Shown here: in pieces, positions 1 to 12,000 of the stretch
How the letters are laid out: every line of letters begins with the position of its first letter
Position numbering within the stretch: position 1 is the stretch's first letter
NCBI GenBank assembly: GCA_013115145.1
Contig: JAAPAO010000169.1
Location: forward strand, 1 to 58,579
DNA length: 58,579 nt
Direction of reading: 5' to 3'
From: Perkinsus chesapeaki ATCC PRA-425
Taxonomy: Eukaryota > Protista > Perkinsozoa
Made by a program: the position numbers and the translations under genes
Notes under the pieces: model-generated
Database searches by the model: none
Told to the model about the DNA's origin: nothing
Seen by the model: the letters and a program-made list of their open reading frames with translations, nothing else

Positions 1-999
1 GTAGCGGCCGTGGATATTGTTGTGACTTACAACGTGTAGTTACAAGTAAGCTACTTGTGATACAGTACTTTGAGTGGGATAATATAACCAGTACAATATA
101 CATTGTATATTCTGCAAACACCCGTGCAAATTAATAATGATGATGAAAGCAATAGTAACATTGATGATTTCAATTAGAGAACACAAAACAGCAAACAATA
201 CTATGTTCACCCTTATGAAAAAGTGTCCTTGAATTTCGTTCGAGCTCGCTACGCTCGCTCGATTCTATTCCATGCAGTTATACATCGCTTGAAAAAGCCA
301 CCAGTTTGCATGGCTTAGCACGAAAAGCTTGGCTTAGGATGATTTGCTGAGATTAGTAGCTTTAGCTTGGATTATCTGAAGTTGCATAGATTAGACCAAT
401 TATACAACCCTGTGCGCTTTGGGCCCACTTCAGAGTAAAAGCCTTTATTGATTTCTCATGCCTCTTGCGAGTCGCGTTGCTAGGAAGTTCACTCAAACCT
501 TGTCTGCTCAAGGGTGGCAGCTTACCCGACTTCCCCAGTAAGTGCTCTGCTCACAATCTTCGTCACGAAGGATCTCATTATTACTCCAAGAAAGCTAGCT
601 GCTAAGCTTAGTGCTGTACGCTTGTTTGATCCCAGTCGGGGGACTATAAATCGCAACCGCAACTAAGATCTTGAGCCACTACGGAATATAGCATGCGACC
701 ATCTTCATTCTCACACGCACCTCGACTATACTATCTCGTGGCGAGTAACCATTGTCTAGCTGTTCTGTTTGACGTGAGACATAATCATGTCACATAAGCG
801 AAAGCGTACCGCTCCATTAAGGGTAAAATTAGTAGGGTTCTGCACAGGTTGGAGTGGATAACAAAGGGCTGCCTCAACAAGTTCTCTTACTGAAGAATTA
901 CAGATCTAAGCTTAGGCCCTAATGATAAGATGCTCTCATAATTGAATAATCCTGAGGAGAGTTCATTACTCTCTTGCGAGCGAAGGTGCAACGTGCGGC

Positions 1000-1330
1000 T
1001 CAAATGCAGCGACACAACTGAGCTGAGCTCCTATGCTGATCCGCTAATAGCAGACCGCTATAATCACTGAGAGATTGCTCAACAATCCTTGTTGATATGC
1101 CAAAGCCATGACTCACCAGAGACTCAGCAAAATCTCTTCGTATAAATCCTACTGAGGCACCAGTGTCTAGTAAACCTTTAATGGTGACCAATCCATAAGG
1201 GGAATGACTTCAAATGTCGCAGTTAGAAAGCCATCTTCTAATTGCATTTCTGAAATGCCATTTCAGACGCAGCCTGAGCTTCACATCCAACCATGGCAAC
1301 CATCTCAATGTTTTTGTCGGCTGCTTTAGA
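1000..1330 (-). mobile_element. Decayed LTR-retrotransposon (Ty3/gypsy-like) gag-pol fragment, aspartic protease region
   Basis: ORF 1000..1191 has the retroviral-type protease motif GLLDTGASVGFI (LDTGAS at 1153..1170). Flanking frames are broken by stops and frameshifts. No RT or integrase motif was recognised downstream. Confidence 0.65.
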
Positions 1331-1779
1331 TTTTGCGACATGTTCGCAAAATTTTTCTGATTAGTACGAAGGTGGATATTTTACCCATTGAAAAGCTAAA
1401 TCGTTTGCGGGCAAAGATATATTTTTCAATTGATTTCGAAAAAACGGCAATGAGAGGAAAAGCCAACGAACAGAGTTATTCCTAACCGGCTAGAAAAGAA
1501 ACCGATGGCAAGAGGGCTTTACTCGTAGTAAAAAACTACTAGCTTTACAGACGAGCCAAAGGGAGCTTTCAGCGGGCCGGGTGAGCTAACAGTGTTGGTT
1601 TCGCATTGTTAAGTTCGATCCGTTTTATTAGCTCTGGAAACCGTGAAGGTTTGTGGATAGCTCAAGTTTGATGGTGATCAACTTTCAGTTCCTCAGCCTG
1701 TCTTTACTTGCAACACAACTTGCAACACATATACAATGTCCATCAAGACTTTTTGCATGTTAACATGCATGCCATCAAA

Positions 1780-4700
1780 TCAATACTTTTTGCCTCTCTC
1801 ACTAAACTCCGCACGGTCCTCTTCAAAAGCCTTCTGATAAGTCTGATAGCTCTTGGATAGGCCCCTGGAAAAATGAAGCTGAGCATGATTCATCGAAATT
1901 ACAATTCTCACCCTTGAACCTCAGACCACAGTTTGCCCCGAGCCGTCCTCAACTGATTCTCGATCTGCGAAAGATGCTTCTGTAAGCCTTCTTCTTCTTG
2001 CCTGAGGATAAATCATAATAAGCTATGCCACTCTTTGTTCGATGATTCACATTTCAGCTTTCTCCGCTCCTCTATAATCCTTCTTATATTCCCCAATTTG
2101 GGTTTTCATCTCCTGTAGCAGCGGTTGGGAGGATGTCATTACCCTAATAAATAAGCTCATCTTAGAGCTTCGACTCGAAAACCAACCTTTGCAGGTCTCG
2201 ATCGCTTGATGCAGTGGACTTCCCAAGGTCTGTCAGTTCCGTCTCAACTAAACAGGGTTCAATAAATTCCGATATATATCACAATCCTAGCTTCTTACCT
2301 TCTTTGCTGGGCTTTCCCAATCCGGCAAAGCTCTTAATAGATTCATCTGCTCGCGCCAACTCTTTTTTTGTCTAATATTCCAGTATGTAACAAGCCAGTG
2401 CGAGACAGACTAACCTCCGCCATTGAATCCTTGGAAAGGGATGAAAATACTGTCACGGCATCCTCAACTTCCGCTGTACGTTTCAGATTCACACCCTTCT
2501 CTGCCGCAATCTCTTCAAGTAACTTATCATCCATCGCACTATAAAGAATCATCTATACTATCCTCTTATTATATCTCCTGGCCTACAGTGCCATATGTGC
2601 CAGAGCTCTCACTTCATGGGCAAACAAACCTTTTGTGGATCGGGCATCAGTGATGAATTTTCCCGTCGCGAGAGCGTTATATCTGCTCGCGACATTCTAA
2701 AGCATCACTTCCACTAGTGCTTACCCTAGCTGACCGCCGTCATACATTGCAGCTTTCGATAAGGCGTCTCCAAAGTCTCCCAAGCCACCATTAATTTTAG
2801 ACGCTCGAAGAGCATCACCGATCTCCAACTCCTACAGAACAACAACGAAGGGTATGCTATTTAACAGTAAAGAATATAAGCGAACCTTGAGTAGTTCTAT
2901 GGCGCTTGATTCTTCATTTGCCAGCATCTCCCTGAAAGAAGTAAACATCACCGGGTTGATTCAATCATTCATGTTTGGAAAAAGCAGTCCGCTCAAGGTG
3001 ACAGCTGCCCGAGAGAGCTACTTGAATCTCCTTTCTCGCAGCAGCAGCAGAAGAAGAAGAAGAAGGGTAGAAGATATTATTTATAGTCCGTAAAGTAGGT
3101 CAGATTTCTCCCTTACTGGAATTTGGTTATATCCCCACCAAGACGTGCTCGAAGCCTCTCGAACTCCTCCGCAGTGACACCGGCTTCCTTCTCAAGTTGC
3201 TTTTGAACGTAATCATGCAGCTCCTCGCCACTCAAACCAAGTGCTCTGAAGGCAATCACTCCCACAAGGCAATTGCTGCTGCCGATGATGATGGTTATTA
3301 TGATGATGATCCTCACTGTGCTTGCTTTATAATCCTATCTAGGGTTTGAGCAAGATTGGTAGCAGCAGCATGTTTCTCCTGAATAATCAATTTAAGCCGT
3401 CATTCAAGACGACTCCCTCACCTTCTCCGTCATCGCGAGCTCGCCGCCGAATCTCGCTTCACCATCCATGAAAAGCTTCAATATCGCCTTCATTTTCTCT
3501 TCCTGTGCGTTTCTTGTCCGTATAGATATACGAAGGCAATCTCACCTGTGACATGTCCGAGTTCAGTATGTGCTGTAAATCGGCGTTCGCTGCACTTGCT
3601 AGGATCTTGGTGAACGCAGCCACGATGCGCTGATGCCACAACACAATAAAAACCAATACTTTTACTCTACCACTCACCGATATACCATCTCGGCCGATTT
3701 GAAGGCTCGCTTTCATGTCTTGAGTCTTCTCCTTCAAGCCTCGGTCGATGCTTTGAATACCGGCGTCCATCGAGGCTGATGCACTCTTCATCTCGTTGCC
3801 ATATTTTGTCAGATCTTGCCTGAACACCATAACCGCTTCGCGAATGCGAAACAACTCGGAGCATACTCAATTCCTCGACGAAGATTGCCAAGCTCTTGCT
3901 CTTCCTCCCTACTATCCTGTCTCTCCTGTTGGCCCAATTTATGGACGCCACCGTCACGGCCTTTCAGGTCGTTTTCACTGAAAACCATAGTTGAGGAACA
4001 CCAGAAGGCAAAGGCCGCAAAAACAATAATTTGCGAAACTCGATGGACTGAGCATGCTGCTTACATCGCCTCTACTTCTCCAAGAACCTGTCTGTTTTTC
4101 AGTCCACGTCTATCCGCCTCATCCATAATCTTTTCAATGGCAAAAATCTAAAAACAGTAACCCACTGTAATAGGCGGGTCGCTCACTAACCTTAGCTCTC
4201 AGTTCCTGAGCTCGTTGAGCATCCTTTTTAGTGGTGCCCTTTTCAGCCTCCCTAGCGGCTCTGATGAGCAGCTGTCGTGTCTTTTCCAGCTGAGCTAATT
4301 CCTTTTGCTCCAAGCCGTCCAAGGCCTAGACCGAAAACCTCATAATCTCCTTTGGTTACCCGCTCTTTGCAACCTACTCGTGCCGATGCCTGAGTCTCTT
4401 TTCCCTGTTCCGTATTTAAGAATTGATCAAGCTTATTGCCCTCTCCAGCAATATCCTGCTTGTATTCTTGCATCTCTCCCTCCATCTATCAAAACCAACA
4501 TTACTATTCCACATTAAGGGTCTTACCTTCGACAGTCCTCCTTTAGCTTCATCATACATGCCAGAGATGCCACTCTCCCCCTCACGCAGGTCTCCCAGCA
4601 TAGACCCCAGCTCGTTCATTCGAGTCTTCTGATCATCCTGAGCAGCCATACTTCTCCTTTTCCCCCTCTCCACGGCTTACTCTTATTATTCCCTTTGATT

Positions 4701-7422
4701 CGCCAAGAACACCAGAAAGCCGCTCCTCGATCGACCTTATTGAGTCCGTCTCTTCTTTCTTAAACTCCCCAGCTTGATTCTTCATCCCGATCGATCCCTC
4801 GCTAAAATAACACCAGCGTTATTAATTAAATCAATGCTACGGTTATCAATGCTTGCTGCTATTCGTTATAGGACTTATAGACATTTCGCTGGTACAACAG
4901 TGATAATCGTCAACGGTACTTCTCAATAAGAAGTAACATTAATCTCGGAAGGTACCAGTCTTCTCATGAGGCAGAAAAGAAGTCTTCCCATTGTAAACGT
5001 ACTCGGCAAGTCCTTTAATTCCAGCATTTGCCTTATCTCTCTCTCCCTCTAGCCCAGCCATCGCTCCTGCCAGCCCCTCACTCATCGCCTTCTCGCCTTC
5101 AACTGATGACTCGAGTCCTCCTTCGATCGAATGGAGCGTGCCGTCAAAGCTCGACATCTCTAAAAAGATCAACGAATCCACGGAATTCACACGCGACGAT
5201 CTTCCTCACCATCTTCAGAGTCGTTATGGGAGTTCTGAATATTCTCCGCCAGCCTCATAAACTCTTCCCGCTCAGATTCTGACATGTTCGCTAAATCTTC
5301 ATTCGTCGACTTCATAAGTTTATCCTCCGTTGACTTCAGAGTGCCTACATCCATCCATATCATCATCAGTCCTTCCTTATACCTATCCTACCCATGATTC
5401 TCGCTAATCTAGTTGCCTCATCCTCAGATTGGGCGTTAATAGCATTCCCTTCATGGTCGACTTCTCCCTTCCCGTGCCCGAAAAGATCCTTCACTCGCCC
5501 CCTGTCAAGCAAATAACCACACTTCCTATCATGTCCTACTCTAATTGTTGTCCTTTTGAGGACACACTGTGCTCCAGCTGATCCTCTTCAGCATGCAGCT
5601 CTCTCTCTGCCTCGCCAATCTCTCTACCGTGTTCATCCCCATCGATTGCGACTTGGTTCATGACATCTCCCACTCTTCCACCGTAATGAAGACGCTACGC
5701 CCCGGTCATTTCAGCCCAGTAATAACTTAACTTACCCTTCCAGAAGAGCTGTGTTCTTCACCTTCAACTTCGCTACGCAGATCGCTGTTCAGTAACTCAG
5801 ACTCGCCAGTGTACTGGGAAGCAACTTGTCCGACTCCAAGTATCGGAGGCAACTCCCTTACGTCTTTTTCAAGCTTATCCGCAGAAGCCTTGAGCTCTCC
5901 CTCTACAGCGCTATCAGTTGTTTTCAGCTTAGACTGAGCTAGTTGAAGTTCATCTTCGGTGAACTGTTTACCCTGTACCATATCTTTCCTAAACGGAGGC
6001 AACAACAACAGTAAACTTCCATCATTCCACCTAACTACGAAAACAGCTCACTCATATTGAAGAAGTTCCCTTTCGGTATCCCCTTCAGCATTAGTTGCCG
6101 CGCGACTCTCGGCATCCGATTCAATGGCATCGGCCCTCAGTCCATCACTTAGCGCTTGATTCTCCTTCGCGAAATCCTAACCCACACCTCTCAACGGCGG
6201 TCATCTCTCCAACAACAACAACACCGGCGGCGGCCGTCTTACCTGCTTGCCTTCCCTTTCAAGCGCACCTTTCTGTGATTCTATTTTCCGTAGATCTCGA
6301 TTCATGCTGCGGTCGAATTGTCTTCCAGCTTTGTCAATATTTCGTATATCGCCCTTCAAGTCTCCTTGTATCTCCCTATTAGCCTTGCTCAACTCCTTGT
6401 CCTCCTATTATAAAACTAGTGCTTCCCAACTAATGCTTTACTTCAATCAGCCTACAGTTTTCTCATATGGCCTTATTTCTCTTTGCTGCCTTTTCTGCTC
6501 CTCCTCCAGTCTCTTCCTTAATTTCGCCAACATAGCTCTGAAATAAGCTCTCCTATTTCGACACTTTCTTGCCATCCTACTGTAGCAGCAGCTTCTCCCT
6601 AGGCCCAGCTGTCTCCATCATCTTGTTCACCTTCGCTATGATCTTCTCTGCATTATCTAGCAGTCTCGTGCCCTTCCTGTCAACCTGTCGACCATAGAAT
6701 CTCCACCATAAAATGCATCGGATCCCTCTCACCCTATCGCCATCTCGCTCCACTTTCTTCAACGAGCCCTTACAACGTCTCAATATCTGTCTCTGCTGCC
6801 TCATAGCACCCTTACTCACTTTTCCGAGAGTCTGACAGAGGACAGCGATGACACCACATCATCACTCCCTTTCACATCGCACTCTTCGGTGCCGTGGACC
6901 AATGACTGATCTAAGCTCACGGGAATCTGTTCATCGGGGACAAGAAGAGTTACTAAACAGGGAGTCGATCTGTCCTCACAGTGAGGCCCTCACAGAAACG
7001 TGTTCCTCAGGGGCCCCAAAGGGTTGTTCCTAATGCAGAGATATACCGAGAATTCAGCTAAAGGATATTCTCAGAGACCCAAAGAAAACAGCAAATGCTT
7101 TACTTCTGGGAACAGCTAATATTCTTCTACGTGTTAAATGTAGAGATGCAAAGTAGTGCGATCCTAAAGCAGAAGGAAGCGTGGAATGCATTCCTTCAGG
7201 GACTAGTATCTTACTACTATGCTACCTCTCTATGACACAACTACCACCACAAAACTTAATCGAATCACCGCAGTAGGACGTACTCTCTTCATCTGGCCAT
7301 CCACCTTAGCGGTCTGCTTGAGCATATGCTTTGCCAGAATAGCAACATCTCGACTGAGTACCGTTGAAGCCTAAACCAGCATAGCATAGCGAAAGCGGCG
7401 GTGGGAAAGGAATGCAATGACG

Positions 7423-7483
<61 letters not shown>

Positions 7484-8895
7484 CCGCACCTGAGCGAACT
7501 GCTTCTCCATGACCTCTTTAGAATCAACTATCTCCTTCTTGATATCCCTAAAATTGAGGTCATAAATTGTCTGTCATAAAAATTATACAAGCAGGAGGGG
7601 AAACGAGTGGCAAGTGAAGAGATTACTAGATAATGGCAATTAAGGAGTCACAAAAGTTCCCGAGCTTACTCTTCGAGGGCGTGCATTTTAGGATACTTCT
7701 CACTGAAGGCGGTTTCCTAATAATAAGACAACGGATTGATAGAACCAACGTTCTGACTCAGCCTACCACAGTCGGTTTCTCCGCTTGAACTGCTTCGTAA
7801 AGAGCTATGGCCTGTGGGGTCAGTCCATTGTGCCTGACAACGATAATAAATATATACCAACATCATCAAAAGGCTTACTCCTGATCGGGATCGATGAGAT
7901 CCAAGCTGTGCTTCAACGTCAGCTTCTTCACGCGCTCTCTGAGCACTTCCGTTCTGAAACATCGGGAGAGTTAGTAATCAATAATCTTCCCCCCTTCCAT
8001 CAGGTTGATCTAGAAGGAGTTACACTGCTCATTTAGTAAAAGTAACCGAATTTCAAACGCAATCTTTACAACTTTAATTATTATTCATTCAACCTCGCAC
8101 AGTGAGCCTTGCAAGCTGCCCGCACCTTGCCGAGTGCTCCTCCGCCCAGCCACACAGACATTTCTACCGACAATTTCAAGCTGATGATGATGCTGACGCT
8201 GCTGCTGTTGTTCCAATTCTTAGGTAATATTCACGAAGACTACGTAGCAGCATCAGACCTACGCAGCTTCTCCGGCCTTCACTTGCGCCTTCATAACCAT
8301 TATATTAAAAGTCAAGGCTCTCGTCCGCATGAATGCAATGGTTCCACACCAATCCCACCAGAAAAACATATCGCAGTACCAATTACTGAGAAAAATAACA
8401 ACAATCAACAGCGGAGCGGAGCTCATCATAATCTCATCCTCACGTCCAGTCTCCCCAATATCCTTTGACTCTGGGTGGCTGCAAATGCCAGGCCAGCATG
8501 TTCTTCTCATTTAGCAGGGATTCCGGGCTAATCGACGCATCGGAATCAATCTGCGAAAGTATCATTTTCTGCTCGCTGAGAGTGGGCTGGTCCTGAAGCA
8601 TCTTTTTAGTTGGTGCGGGGTTATGCTTGAAGGTGTTTGGTGGGTAGCTAGTCAAAGCCTCCATAGTCACCGCTTGAACTGGTACTAAGTGCAGTGCCTT
8701 CGACGACAATTTAGATAGTTGTGCAGGAGTAAGACTGTGCCACACGCCCTTGGAGAGAGCCACCAATTTCGAGGGCGATAGTTGGCTTATCTGTTCGGCA
8801 GTCATGTTGACTAAAGGGCTCCGGTTGTGTGTAGAGAACCAGGAAGCCTCGGCCAGAAGAAGGCCTACGAGGGATAGTTTCATGGCTGCCTTCAT
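1780..8895 (-). CDS. Gene A: giant multi-exon secreted coiled-coil protein (paralog of gene B)
   Basis: Hydrophobic N-terminus MKAAMKLSLVGLLLAEASW (ATG at 8895 or 8883). Many GT-AG-bounded E/K/L/A-rich exons, e.g. EELHDYVQKQLEKEAGVTAEEFERLRARLGG. The last exon GLSKSYQTYQKAFEEDRAEFSERGKKY ends at TGA 1782..1780. The full exon chain was not resolved. Confidence 0.8.
7423..7482. repeat. (GTA)20 microsatellite in an intron of gene A
   Basis: Uninterrupted gta trinucleotide run. It explains the spurious poly-L and poly-Y ORFs at 7289 and 7306. Confidence 0.95.
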
Positions 8896-9060
8896 GAAGT
8901 AAATCATGACCGCTCGACAGGGTGAAAATAAAAAAGGTAATAGCTAAACAGACCGAAATGTCGAGTGTCAGCTTCAACCTAAGATACTCCCCGCCGATTG
9001 AGAAACACAATAAGACATAATGCAGGACACCGTCGATCCATGACTCATGAGAGCATTGGC

Positions 9061-12000
9061 TCAAGGAAGCCCCTGCACTGGCTCTGAAGGGGCACCGATA
9101 TCCTGGGATTTGGTCTCTCCTTTATCATTTTCTATTTCGGCCCGCACTGATGACACCTCCTCTTGAAACTCCTTATTCTTGCTGGACAAATGTCTGAGAA
9201 ACGGAACTCAATCTACATTCATTTACCAGCGTCAATTTCACAGCTATCACGGGATGCTCAATTGTTTTAGTATAACCAATATTATTAAGATGTAGATTAC
9301 TTGACCTAGATGCTATCCAGACTCCACCTTTCTAGTCGAAGTAAAGCTACAAACTAATTCACATCAACCCAGCAGCGATAAAGTAGGTTCACAGGCAATC
9401 AATGTCAAATGCATGTCACCCTGTCGAGTATACCTGACCACCCTAGACCTTTATAACTCCACACGATGTTAATTGATGATCCCGAACTAGCCATATACCA
9501 TTATCAAAAAGTGCCGCAAGATGTCATCTTCTTTACCATTGGCAAATTGCCAACATCTTTGATCCATGTAAATGTACACATCCCAACTCTTCATGCCAAT
9601 ATCGAAGGCTCATGTTGTCTCGCAATTTTTTCACAGGAATCGACACGTGGCCCCGACGCAGAAGTATATTATGAATCAGTGAACTCGTCCTCAGTTCCAT
9701 TGTCATTCCCTCTCAAAAACGAGCTGTCTTTCTGCTATGACTCCCCAATCGAGTTCCCTCTCACTTCATTGTTTCCGTCCAAGTCTCTGCTCTCTCCTTG
9801 TTCTGTTCCTTTTCACTATCACTTACTTCCTTCAATATTTCCGTCCGCTCCCCCCTAAAGCCGATGATCAATATCCTCCACAGAGTTCGATTAGCTCACA
9901 TTAGTTCCTTATTAACTTCACGCTCCTTCTTCTCAAACACTTCGGCTTCTCCTTTCATCTCGCCCAGCAGCGGCTGAATGCCGTCCATGAACCTTGTCAA
10001 AAATCACAGGCCACAGAGCCTGGGACACGTCCTACTTTTGAGACCGTCTAAGGCGGTCGTCTACCACTCTGCCAAGGGAATCTACCGTCTTGTTTGTGCC
10101 TGATAACAGATACACATCCCAGCCTCGAGACCAGGCTTTGCTGGTAGTCGTACAAGATGTAGCTGCTGATGCCAAATGATGGCCCTAGACATTTCTATAC
10201 CCTTACCTTTGAGTGGCATGCGGCAGAAGTGGAATAACAAAATCAATGCACAATTCTCCGAATAAAATAAGAACCGTGAAATCAAATGCAACGTTGTTCA
10301 TTTATAAGATCAAAGTGTTTAGGAATTATGTCAATCCGATTGGCTATAGGTGCCCACAGCTTAGTGGACTATCCTGTACCCACCGCCGCCGCCGCCGCCG
10401 CAGCAGCCTCTCACCAGCATCATATAGATCCAATACGCGTCCAAGTTTTCTAAAGTCGCCCCTCAGTCGATCTATATCATTGTGCAACTAAGAGGAACAA
10501 ACAATTTCAACAATCACCGGCCACCGCGCAGCTCACCTCCTCGAAACTCGACCCTGTTAAAGACCGCGTAATAGCAACAACATCTTCAATTCTTGCGAGT
10601 GCGTCAAGATCCGCCCCGTGGTTGGCGGCCATCTCATGCAGTACCGCATCTTTCGTTAACCTATCACCACAATGACCGAATCGTTTTCTAACCCCCCGCT
10701 ATTGTATGGCATTCGATCCGGAATCAAGCGTGGAGGTTTTATTATATTTTATTATTTCTCAAGTACCGCTGCTGCTGCTTTATAGGTATCCGATTACACT
10801 ATCATTCTATATCCAAATTCACAAGGGAAATTCGAGCAGACGGAATAGAGATTCGACGCAAAGCGAATATCTGCTGCACTGTGAAAATATTCGCCATGGG
10901 CGAACCTTATAGATCACCGTTTCATCATATACGTATTCATTATTATACATATAGATACCGTTCCCGAGCGTTATGATAACGAAATAGACATCCCCACTGC
11001 GAGCCTTACGAAACACTATGAATCAAAGCCTTCAACTCTAATCCAGATATCTGCACTTGGTTCTCCGTCAAGAACCCCAACTTGGCCAGCGCTTGGTTAT
11101 TATACCTGGCCAACGTATTGCGAGAATCTCAGCACGGTTGAATCCCACCCTAGTGTACCGCCGACCTCCTCGGCCTCATCTGCGACTTTTCCTTCGAACC
11201 CTCCGAGCTGGCCATATACTCCTTCTGCTCCATTTCGGAAGCTTTGGTCATTTTTCTAAATAGGGAAGTGTTTCTATCACATGGTGGAGAGTCTCACCTG
11301 TATCTCGGTCGTTGCCTTGTTTTTATCCGCTTCGTCGGCAGCTCTGAACAATACAAGCCTCCAGCCTTTTCAACGTTGCTTTATTATTGAATAGTGAAGG
11401 CACAGCAATTAAGACCGAGTAAGCTTTTCAAATGCACAGACATGCGATGACTCAGATCCCAAACACGCCGCATGTAGACGATAAATATAATAGTATCGAA
11501 ATATCACGCAGCAGCACCTACTATTATTATTTTATTATCGTATCAAACCATTGCATATTTCACACCTAATTTCATATATAAAATGTACTGTAAAGCTGCC
11601 ATATAATTAGGCATTCTCATAATACTGATAAGCATCTATATAACGCAGCCAAATAGATTCAGTCAACTTCCATCAACCACCCACCTTAATCCTGTCATGT
11701 CATTCGAGAGCTCTTTCTCCAGCAAGCCGATCTCCCCCGCAGAAGCCTCCGACAGGTTCGATAATTGCTCTTCGATATACTCTTTCATTTTATCCCCAGA
11801 CAGACCGAGTTCCCTAAGAACATCTCCTACCCCACCAAAGCTCTATTTTCAGACTTACTGTGCTTGAACTGTCAAGCTACTCAGCATGGTTACGAAGTTC
11901 ATGGTGGACTTCTTATCGACCTTGAGAGGACAGGATATCGGATCTTCTTACTTTCACCAGCTCACATTCAAAAGATTCTCCAACCTCACTTTCGACTTCT

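Noticed and set aside
242-262. GCTC-rich motif GAGCTCGCTACGCTCGCTCGA resembling Rep-binding GAGC repeats
   Set aside because: Single short instance with no Rep/helicase ORF or hairpin origin nearby.
1754-1769. 16-bp perfect palindrome (and similar 7-8 bp-arm hairpins at ~95-111, ~13169-13190 and the (CG)n palindrome at 24855-24868)
   Set aside because: Roughly one palindrome with 8-bp arms is expected by chance in 58 kb.
7289-7527. Poly-Leu and poly-Tyr ORFs
   Set aside because: Artefacts of the intronic (GTA)20 microsatellite.
9466-9858. 130-aa plus-strand ORF
   Set aside because: Antisense to the last intron and an exon of gene B, with no recognisable motif.
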